A DNA stretch of 64,000 bases. It comes from Fimbriosthenelais zetlandica (Eukaryota). Location of the stretch: contig OZ365109.1 of assembly GCA_977030845.1 (NCBI GenBank), positions 61,752,001 to 61,816,000 on the forward strand, written 5' to 3'. Below, piece by piece: positions 12,801 to 24,800 of the stretch (its first letter is position 1; the number at the start of each line of letters is the position of its first letter). The translations under genes were made by a program, and so were the position numbers. The notes beneath the pieces were generated by a model that saw nothing but the letters and a program-made list of their open reading frames with translations, was not told the origin of the DNA and did no database searches.

Positions 12801-15800
12801 CATATTACTGTCGGTGAATGGATATTGTCGCAGTGCCCAGAGGAAATGTATTCAGCATTTTGCCATCTTCATTAAAATGATTGAACATTGGTCATATGCT
12901 ATAATGCCCAACTCTCTGGTCAATGATTTCACTATATTTCCCATGGACTGCATTGATGTAGACAATTTAAAAGCTCTGAAAAACAAACATTGCGATCCAT
13001 TATGAAACGTACTATATGATTGTATAAAAGGCGGCTTATTTTTTAATGATTATGAGTAACTAAAGAACTGTCAGCCTGGTAAAACGCTGTCATGGATACC
13101 GGTACTCACCGAATATACTATTTTTTTAATTAACATGTATTGAACATCATTCCTTTATGCATAAATGCATTTAAAATCTTTAGGTTTTAATGGAAAATTA
13201 TTCCCCTGGCTTTGTGGAAGGTCAGTAGCAAGTATAATTCTTATTTTCCAGGAAGTCCGGCACGTATAAAACATTCCTGATTACCCCTAAACCCTCCAGA
13301 TTCCCGCCCTGTGATATATTCATTCAGTGACTCTGACATGTATACGATCCCCTGTCAATGACTAAATATACATCATTCCTGTGGCCGCCTCCAGGCCCAG
13401 GTACCTTGCTCATTTATCTGATTAATGAAGACGAGCAGGGATCCTCGTCCCTTTCTGCCACGTTAGGAGAGCTGGTACTGATTTCGCGATGTTATTCATA
13501 GTCTTTATTTACACTGATTAAAGGCGAAAAATAACCTGTATCGCATCGCAATTTGCTACACAATTGAAGGGCTAAACAAATTGCAAGTTTTGCGAATCAA
13601 AATGTATATTATTCGTGATATACAAGCAAAAACGTTTAATCATATTTTCGGAAATAATTTGAGCCTTTTGTGATTTAATACCATGCAAAGAACAGCTTGG
13701 AAATTCCTAGCAATTCATTAGACGAATAATGCTAGAAATAATCCGTTTGTTGGCCCTATTAATTAAGTTGTTTGTTATGTGCTTGAATCTAATTGTTAGA
13801 TCTGTCCTCAGTTTCTGCAAATAATTGCTTAATATCCTTTCATGTACATGTACCGTCCATCACAATCAACAAACAAAGAAAGGCCATACATTTATTAATG
13901 AGATTGATTTCAACTCTCACTCGATTCAAATGAATGATTTCTACTAGATATTATTTTGGTAACTGTTCCTGAGACATCTGATCTTGGCACCTTGGGTCAC
14001 ATCTATAAAATGTTTGAGGTAGGTCTGTACTGACCTCTCTTACTATGTTGAGTGGTGAGTAAATCATGGTCAGTGTATTTGCTGTGGAGTATTGGTCAGG
14101 AAGCAGGGGACCACACAAAGAGACAAGCTGCACGTCACAGGTACTGTAAAAACAGAACCCTTGAGATGTGACAGGCGCGTGTTAATGAAACATTGTAGTA
14201 CCTTATGGCGAAAAACTGGAGAAAAACTCTTTCCATGGTATCCGGGTGTGGTGGACCTTAAGTAATAGTTGCAGGGATGATTTCAATTTTGAAAGGGATG
14301 GCAAAACATGATATATATGACCTTATATATATACTGATATATATACAGACATTGCAGTATGAATCATTGAATTTGTTTTGCTATTCTGGTATAAAACAAA
14401 TATTTATTCCTTTCCATTGTGCGTGTGAAGTCAAATTGAGATATAGCCTATTTTAGGTAACTGTGTTTTTCAGGTGTGCATGTACCGGTAATTTCATGTG
14501 CTCACAATCAATGCGTACCTGCGGTATTGCATTCTAGACTCGTGAGTGACGCATATTATTATTATGCATTGTTATATACGTATAGAGAAATAGTCATACC
14601 CATCAGATGGTTATGCGGGTGCAGAATTTAACCTGTGGTATTACTAAGAATAGTTATAATACCCACATAATAGCACGCTGCACGCCCATCACTGGCATCA
14701 GGTGGCCTTATTTGTAGTTTCCACAATTCCGCCTACTTCGGCACTGTACTGAACCTGACTTGCATTTAATATGTGAACAAAGGCATCATTATTCTCATTG
14801 ATGAGACAGTCATTTCCATCGCAATTTTTTGTACATAAAACTTGCCAATAACCAGAATAACATTTTTTTGTCTGCCTGAGCAGAAGATAATTGGATTGTT
14901 GACTTTTTCGGTTAATTTCGCGGCATTTATTAAGCCGGGTCTGAGCATGGACTTACTAAAATGAGAGTGAGAAAAATGGAAAGATGGGAGTGACCTAGAA
15001 ATTTACATTGGATATTTACCTTGTCCATATACATGTAGCTCTGTCTACAGGAAATTTCCTTGTAAACATAATGCTCGGGATTATAGCTTCCCTGGCACTG
15101 ACAGATTGCACCTGTAATGTCTGATTAAGAACATAATCACCTCTCACATGTCCCCTTCATTCATCACTATAGTCTTAGATCTAATCGGCCTTTCATGTAG
15201 GATAATGTTGCTCATGGTCTACACTACTGAATTCCCTGTAGCAGGTGTTTTTTATTCACATTCCTGAACAATATTGAAGTAACATGTAAAGAAGGTCAAT
15301 GTCATTCATGAACATATTTATTTGGCGATGCATGCTGCACAAGCCGAAATAATAGATTTCCTTCGTGATACAATATAGAATAAATGAGCTCTTTAATTTT
15401 TAAAATGGGATTTTATGATATGCTAATATCAGTTGAGCTGAGACTCGGCATATTAGCACCTGCTAGCCCTATTAAAATATCCGTTTTGCCTAAACAGCTG
15501 TTTTCGACCACTGATTATACTACAGGTAGTTATAGCTTTGAACTTCCTAACGTACTAATTGACGCAGTTAAGATAAAATCCCAGTTGGTATGTTAGTCTA
15601 GATCTCGGGGGAGAACTTTAAGTGGCTGAACATGCATGATCGATATCTCTGATGGGGAATAGTGAGTAGCACATGGAAACCGGACCTTACCCCAGGTTCA
15701 CTATACACTAGAGCACACATGGGTCAGGGAAACCAGCTCTTAACTTACCCCAATGATAATCTAAGCTATTCCGGGAAGGGAGCAAGACAGACAGACATCC

Positions 15801-18800
15801 CCCCCCCCCCCACCAAACACACCCACTCGTGACTCCAAACTGACAGACAGAAGGGGGAACACACAGCGACAGGGACAGGGATGGGGGGGAAAGGCAGAGA
15901 GGTCATGCAGACAGGATCAAACCGTCATTATCAAGCAGACAAGAAGGGCTTCAAGGCTGAAGCAAATCTGCTTGGCATAAAATATGTACTTACCAATCAG
16001 ACATTAGGAGTGAAAACGTACAAAATTGATAACTGGGATAAAGTGGGATAGGATGGGATGAGTGTAGGCGTAGAAAACTTACAAACCTCCTGTAGAAGCA
16101 ATCGGCCAAAGAGTTAACAGAACCCACTTAGGCCCTGGTAGTCTTTTCATTTGGTATACTCTATCCGAGGAACATGTCTGCTACTTATCACTTTGCCCCC
16201 TTATGGTAGAACTGACATTTCTATCTAAATGTTAGCCATAAAGCCGGTGGAAGACGACTGATGGGTCGTTAGAAGAGGTCATAAAGGGCACTATGCTGGT
16301 ATAGGACGTCCAACATTAATGGTTTCTTTCATCAAAATCTCCTGGTCAGCGTTTATAGGTCGCCGATTGATTTCTCTGTAGTAATGGATAGTAACTCAAT
16401 CTGTTGGCAATTTCCCTCCTTTGTTTAATTCAGTCTGCTTGAGCAACAGCACAAAGATTTTTTTTTTTTTAAACACCATCATGCAGGTAATTTAAGATAT
16501 TAGGTAATTATCCCAGATATTCATCTGAACTCAATGGATTGGTGTTGTAATGTTTTTTTAACTACGGTTGTGAATGAGTCATTTCAGACAGACGTGTGAC
16601 AGGTTCATTAGTTTGGAGGTTGGATTAGCTTATAACGGTTAATTTGGGAATCCAACAAAACTTACTACTGAATTCAAGCAATCAATGCGCAGGCACTGAG
16701 TGGTTGGTAGGGTGGACACATTCTGCTCACACCAGCCCTTAGTTTAACTCAATCAGTCATGGCCCTAAGGTATAAAAATGTCCGAGTGTCTAGGGCTAGG
16801 CCCTGACAGCTTCTTTGAGTTCATGTGGAAACGCCCATTTTTTCCCATTGTGATTCATTAGTGTGGATTACTTAATAATTAATCCAGATCTAGATATTGC
16901 AATATATTGCAACAAGTGTAGGCTACATTATCGTTCATATCTGTGTATATTGCATTGGGGTTAATGCAGTAGCTCAATCATAATTCATACACATTTATAT
17001 ATCATGCCTGTGACATAATAGCACCTGGCAGCATGAATTAGCTCTGAAAGCCTATATACTATACATCTGTATTCACTACGCATACACACCATTGATGTGG
17101 AGTGACACTGCTTTTATCTCGCATCTATCCTGGGAAGAGGCTTAGTTTATTATTTATTATAGAGCTATATCACTTTACTTCAATGCAGTATTTTTAAAAA
17201 TAGTGTGAAATATTGCGATAGACCTTATAATAAGGAGATGATTGAAGACCGGCCTAGTATTCACTTGTCATGATTTGTGGATGGAGTGCCAGTGTTGAGA
17301 TATTAGCTACAGTGCTGTAGTAGCTTCATATATATGCTAGGGCCTCTATGCTATGGGCGCATGGCAGCATGGCTAAAAATAGAAACACAAGCCTCCTCCT
17401 CCTCCAGCCTCAGCAGCAGCAACTGCAGCAGGAGGTCTATATTTATACTCTGTGCCACCCAGAGGATGGCGACAAATGAACCCTTTGTTTCAGAAATGAA
17501 AATTATACAATTTTAAGCCAACCATGATGGTCCCATTAACACCCAAGCTCAATTTCGCTCCATTTAGATTTAAATAGGAAATCCTGTCCATAACCTGTGG
17601 TCACTGCCACCTTGGACACCAGTTGTTTGGCGTCGGGTATAGAGGGCGAGCTGTTGATAAAGCAGTGCCAGCAGCAGTAGCAGAAGCTGTCAGTGTCACA
17701 GCAGCCCCAATACAAACTGCTGCTGCTGTTTCCCTTCTTCCATCGCTCATCACGCACATTAACCTTCCACTATTATCACCTATTACAAACTGCCAAACTC
17801 CCTGTCCTCCTCTCTGAGCACCCAACCCATACTTCCCACTAAACCTGGACGAGAAACATGGGTGTGTTGAAGAACTCATGGTTTCGCCCGAGAACCACCT
17901 CAGTGGTGCTTGTGGCAGGGACGGAAGGACATGGCAATCTCAGTGCATAAAGATACATTCACTTGTTATACGTGAATGGCACACAACTCATCAAAGGAAC
18001 CATACTAAAACATCCACCTACCTGCCTACTCACTCAGGAAACGCAGTATCTCTTTATTAGTCAGATTGAAAAGCTCTTACTATGGTTTTCAAAGGGCTGA
18101 GATTTTTTTGTAACACGGATTAACCTATTATAAACCATATGGTCTGGTGTATGAATGGATCAGTGGATGATACTCTATGCTTTGAACCATAAGTATTAAC
18201 CAACCTATACCTGGAAGCAAGAATTCAGTATTACCTGTCAAGGAAACATATTACATGTCATACATGTCATACGACTCTGTTACTGTCCACTACCTGAGTC
18301 CTTTTGTTCCTTTTAGACAAATTTATTGTCCTAAAACAAATAAATATATTTTTCTACTGGATTTCTCACCATATCAGTGAATGGAACGTTAAAGGAAGTG
18401 ATACCTTGTGATTCTAAGTACTGTGCATATCAAATCTACTGTCTTCATAGAATAGAGCCCGTGGATCACACCTCATCAAAATGACATCCGTTACCATGGT
18501 AACTCATGGGATGCTCATCGGAGTACTTGTAGTTACTCTTGTCATGTTACAAGGAGTACATCCTTACACGCTCCTACACAAGGAGCACAACAAACGTCAG
18601 AACGAGAATGCCATTGGGAATGGTAATGTTTTATGAAATTTTCCTTTCTTTAAAAAATCTATGCTAATCTCATACATAATCAAAATCAGTTCTGTTTTGA
18701 TACTCTAAATTTTTTCTTTCTTTTTTCATACTCTGAATCTTCCTCATTCTGTGATATGATTATTAGAAGGATAGACTTTTGTGGGTTCCCAAATTTATGA

Positions 18801-21800
18801 TCTCTGAATGTTATCTTTCTCGCGTGAAGGTTTTATTGTGTGCCATAGATTAAGTATATAGCAAAATGGTGTAACACTCATCAGGAAGGAGATATGTGAT
18901 ATTTGTGACGTTTGCACTGATCAAAGGTGTATCCATGACGTTCTTGGTGTTATAAACAAAAGTTTATTAAATATCGCCCCCTCCCCTCTCCCATTCCTTC
19001 ATTTCCATTCCTCATAATGTCAATTGCATACAAATAATTTTCTCGATAGCTTCGTAACATCTCATTTACCTGTCTACTCCTCATCTAACCCAGTCACTCA
19101 GTTACTCACTCATTTACTTTAACTACTCACTTTGTCGATCATTTACTGTATCACTCACTCACTTTCAATCTCTCACATGAGTCATACTACCGGTTTATAT
19201 CTAGATGAGCTGACGCCAGACTTGGCTAATCCTCTATGTATTTGTTAAAAGATCATCATCAGACACCATGATTATCTCAAGTGATTGGTATCTGATTTAT
19301 GGATCTCAACTACTGATATAAGCACATGCATTGACGCTTCTCATCTAGAGAGTTTCAACTTTAAGGATCTTTTTATCACTTCAAGTTGTGACACGCTCCT
19401 TAAGTTATAAAATGAATAATAGGTCTAAGAGATGTACAGACCCGTATTCTAATTCTATCCATATAGGTTTAAGATTATTTTAATTTTAAAATAATAATGA
19501 ATAATAATATTTTACCTTAGGCATTGGTGGATTATATGAAAAAGAAATCATGAGAAGATATAGATTGGTTCATTTTTTACATAATCAAATTTTCGGGTAG
19601 TGCCTTTTCATCTTGTTTAGAATATAAATATTAATAAAGCAGTAGCTCGGGTCTTATTCGAGATGCATGTTGATTAACATGCAAGGCATTCACCCACTTC
19701 TGAATGCCGGTAATTAAGTAGATCTCTTTATACTAATCAACCCCCGGGAACAGGCGGTGATTTAAAATTGATGTCACGCTTCTCTTTGTCCCGGAACAAT
19801 GAACAGGACTCTTTCTTATCGTGATGCACTGGTCCATTGTTGATTTTCGTGTCATCTTCCTTCGTTGATTTTCTGGAACTATAAATGGATATTATCATTA
19901 TCATGGCTGAATTAACTTTTGCCTATTGACTCCACCCTTCCCTTTCGTTATAATCTTCTAGGCCATCTCTAATTAATTCCAATAGGATTAATAATAATAT
20001 TTTCAATATATATCTAGACAGATCTATTGTATTAGTTACTTATGATGATCCTTATTTGAAACAACCATGTGAGATCCATACTTTATTTGAATGTTCTAAT
20101 CATCATGTGGCATTATCCAAACTGTGATGATCATCTCCCATAAATTTCCTTAATAAAATACTTAGGGTCAATAAGATTTAATTATTACAGATCCTTCCAC
20201 ATTCTTTATCTGATAGTGGTTTGAGGAGCAATACTGGCGCACCACTCGAACAAAGAAAATGAGTTGGTCACTTTTTTTGCTCGTCACCATCACTGCTAGG
20301 ATTGGTAGAACGTGGGAGGTGCCAAACACAACTAATCTGTGTGAACTAATTTGTAAATGTCAAGGCAGGTTATGGAGCCGAGAACATTTCATTGAACTCC
20401 CACTCATAATCTCACGCTTTAATCTGCACTTTAATCAGAGTATAATTTTTACAGGTTTAACCATTATAGCTTTTCTGGCGGATTAACTAACGTCAAGTCA
20501 GACAGCCTTTGAGGATTTGTGAAAGCAATTAAGAAAATGACTACGCTGCAATTTCCTGGTTTATTCTATATTGTTGGTATGTCTGTCTGTACACTACTCT
20601 TAGTACTTACTGACTTAATTATTTGATTACACATGTACAATGTTCAATCGCCTTTGTTTCAAATTCGCGATTAATATTCTTTTTAAAAAAATTTTGCACA
20701 TAATTCTCGGATCCTCTCACTCGTAGATGAGATTCATTATTAGGAACCTTTTGGAAGGATTTAGTGTAGTAGGCCTACTGTAGGTTTAGATAACAATCCT
20801 AACCAAATAATTTCTATTGCTTAAAGCTTTGGTAGGATATGATTTGAAAAAGAAATCATCAGATACTTTTCTGAAGCAAAGTCTGAGTGAGTGACTTCTC
20901 TTTTATTTGTCTTGGTGTTGTCTCAGGTATTGGTACAGACTGAGAGGATGTCATAGTAATCCTAGAATCCTTGGCAAGTTGGAACAATATAAATATACCG
21001 TACAAGATCAATATTATACCGTATTCATACTTCAGTTATGCAACCATATAATTATAGTCGAAGCCATTAAACAGTTATGAAGTAAGCCTGGTTCTGAGCT
21101 GGCACATATTATTTTCTGTGGTCACAATATCTTATCCCATTCCACTATCGAATTGAAACTTCTCGGGCCTCAGATTTCTCTTCAGATGACATTGTCGCAA
21201 ACTCTGAGTAGAAGCTAGTATCTCATGCTCACATCTTTCCCATAATTGGATCCATATCAATATTGTTGTCTTTGACTGGGCTGCTTTCTCTAAAACATTC
21301 ATTTTCTCTTGACGCTTATCTCTAGAGAAGTCTAATTAGGAATTATGATAGACTCGGTGCGATTTATTTGTCTTCATGAAATAGCGACGTGTAAGAAGAA
21401 TCTAAGACGTGCGTTAATGCATGGAAATGAATCATTTTTCACTTGATATAAAACTTATTTATTACAATTTATTAAAATGGAATATTATGAGAGTGACAAA
21501 GACAGCCGTTGAGTAGAGCCTGTGATGAATTATTGCAGTCTCTGTGACTGATGATATTGTACTTTTATCATTTAGCAACTCTTCTCTTCTTAAGATGATA
21601 GCAAAAAGAAACGGCACATGTACGAAGCTTATGAGGTTTAATCAGATTATTATCATTTGGTACTGTTGTCAGTTTTATTTTCTTTGTTACTTTAATGATG
21701 GGGGTGATATGTTTTAGCATCACAGTCTACTAAACAGGCTGTTTGAATTATTCAGTTTGTCTGGGGTTGGGAAGCGGAGAGGAGAGATTGTGTCACAGGG

Positions 21801-24800
21801 CTGCTTTGTCAGGGGTGACAGATTGGATGAATTTGCTTCACATAGGGAGGTGTGCTGCCTCTTGATCAGTTTAACTTGCTCTGGTAGTGTTTGGCTTGTT
21901 GTCTACAATGTCTTTATGGACATCATCTCATAATCAAAGCTCTTACTATGGCATGACTGGAAAAGTCAGTGATGAGATATAATCAAAAATATACTTATAG
22001 GAATGTACGTACTGTACTTGCAATGTACTTGTAGTTGTAAGATCGGGGTCCGTACTTGCACGATATAATATTTTAACATTTGACACATTTCGCCAGACCT
22101 TTATTAGAATTTTTTGAAAGGGACATTTTATTGGCAAGCAATAAGAGTTTGAATATCTTGATGTTTTTCAGAGCGGGTTGGTTTACCAGAAGATGATATA
22201 GAACGGTTGGCATACAAGGCTTACCTATTGCGACAAGAACAGCGGGAGCGAGAACTGGCCCGACAACAACAGAATCAGAAGTACGAGGAAGAGTCCCAAA
22301 ATTATGGCGGTTTACAAGGTAAATCAAAAATTAAATTTCTAAACCGGGTGAAATTTCTGTCAATCAGTTTTTTAACTCAGTATTTTTAACTGTACTCAGA
22401 TGTGCAAGAAAATTTCTGTACAAGAAAACTACATATTTTATGCGGAATATCAGAACATTATCTTGATAATATCGTGTCATCTCTCTGCCTTCGTATATTT
22501 GTTTTTTGAAGAAAAAAAATTGTTTGCTAAATTAATTTTATCTGTTACTGTTAATCTTACTCTTAACATCCTGTATCACATATCACTTGGAATCATATTG
22601 CCAGATTCCTTTATTGGCAAAGTAACGTCAGTTGCATTCATGGAGTGCAAAAAGCGAGGAAAATTGCAATTTCCCCTGACTAATAAACCAAAGGTTTAAT
22701 GCCCTGCCTGGGATTAATGCATGATTGGGAGTATAGGAGAGAGCAATATGGACTCCCCCCTCCCTATAGATTGGAGACAAAGACTCAGGAGGGTCTGCCA
22801 GTGAAAGAATCGCCTGAATAGAACTTGTTTAGATGGAGCTCTCTGAGGTATTAGCTCTATTGTCTAGTGATTATCATCAGTCAGACGGACTGGTGAAGTT
22901 ATTGGAGTTTGGTGAGAGATAGATATGCTATAGAGTAAAGCTGGAAGCTGACTACCAGAAGGCTTTACGTGTAAAGACTGTCTCCCGGGTATTCTCTTCT
23001 TCTAGCTGGACGCTGGTTTCCTCTGTTATATTGATTGAAATAACCGTCCATGCCTGATGCATATCTTTTATTGGACTTGAATTTGGCTGCAGTAGATTTG
23101 CCGCAGTAAATAATACTGGCGATGGGATTTCCCTCCCAGATCGATTGTTCAAAGCTATTTATTTCATTTTCAATGCTTTTCTTATGATAGAGAGGCTTAT
23201 GAAGTGAGACGGTCGCCAACTAAACTCTAATGTGGCTTCCCTTTTTTAGTCGGAAAAGTACATCTTTGGAATGAAAATATGCTCACCGCTTAAAGCTGAA
23301 TTAAGGATTCAGTCAATTTAAATCTTCTGGATATTATCCGTACTACAAGAGGATAAAACTATATTGGAGCGACTGTATTCTCTTATAAGTGGATCTGTAT
23401 TTTTATGTGTATGTCTTTTTTCATCTATTCTAATTAATTAATCTCTACCCTGTGTTTAATGCTGACAATAGGAAGGTTATTTGGACCTGCCTATCACCGT
23501 AAACTAGGCTACAGATATCCCCAACAGCAGGACCTGAACCAGGTCCAGGATAGCCCTCATCAAGTCCTAGCTAGCCCTGAGCAGAAAGCGCAAGCTCAAG
23601 ACCCAGGGGTCCCTTATGATGAAACGTCAATAGTGAAAGAATCTTCTGATCCCGCTGGTGGTGGGGCAGGACAAGTCATCAATGCTAATAAGCTAGAGGA
23701 GTCAGCTGAAAAAGCCCCTCCGCCACCTCCTCAAGCTCCAGCCTCCCAGAATGAGGGGGGCGGGGAGGAGGAGAATGGGGATGTGGCCCCTCACCCTACA
23801 CCAGCTGGTCAGCTGGCCAAGGAGAACACGAATAATCTAGAACTCATGCACAACCCTGCCAATATGGCCGATGTATATTTCCTGGGTAAGGCATGCAATA
23901 GTGTGCCAGTTTTCATTGTTGTTTAGCTGTTGTTTGTTAATGCCCCGACCCCACAAATGCATGATTGTAAAACCATGGGACTTACTGTACCGCATTAGCA
24001 ACATACACGGTTCATGTTATTATGGCCGATTGTCGTTTTTCTAATTTTTGGCTCATCAATTTTTAGTGTCACTAATTCCAATCCAAATTACAAAATATTT
24101 TAAAACGACTTTAGTTGAAGCAATAATATTAATGAAGTAGCTATATGTGTTAATAATTCCCATGGTTTTAACTGTGTATGTATTTGGGATTGATCATTTG
24201 ATGTTGTGTCGTTAGCCTTATGTTGTCTCATTAACGTCTCAACAGACCTCAGGAGGGATGTTATAGAAAAGGATTTAAATTCTGCAATAACTACAACAAC
24301 GTCTGATCCACCTCCCCATCCTGCCGCTATGCAACAAGCTGCCGCGGCCCCGGACGGGGTCACTCCAGTTTCTGGATCTTTAAGCAATATACTTTTTATA
24401 GGTATATTACCATAATCAAGTATCTAATATTAAGTGATCTTTTATTCTCTAATCGGCTTTGGGTTTTAACACATTTGGTGGAGGCATTTTTAATACCGTT
24501 TCCGAAAATTGCTTGAATATTAACCCTTTCTTAGATATAAGTTTGGCCTGGTATTTAGACATTTATGCTATCATCTAATGGTTTTAAATCTCTAAGGAAA
24601 TTAAATTAAATTTGAGGGGAATCTAAAAGATGATGGATGCTGCAAGAACTTTAACAAATGCAAAATTACTTGCCCCATGGCAACTGAGTTGTATTCTCAA
24701 TATTAACATCAGCATACATAATGAATAACAGTGCCTCCTGACAGGTATTGGACTGCCTGTTGATATGAAGTTCTGATTCTGACATTTTAATTGTAAATCT

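Noticed and set aside
13951-14133. Minus-strand 60-aa ORF as an upstream Dok-like exon
   Set aside because: Ends in a stop without a usable donor; the Dok-like model is already complete from 9487.
21595-21635. Possible NPDC1 mini-exon DDSKKKRHMYEAYE
   Set aside because: Good acceptor but weak donor (GTTTAA) in phase 0, incompatible with the main phase-1 acceptor at 22172; needs RNA evidence.
22952-23219. Antisense ORFs in an NPDC1 intron
   Set aside because: Short, with no domain or splice support.
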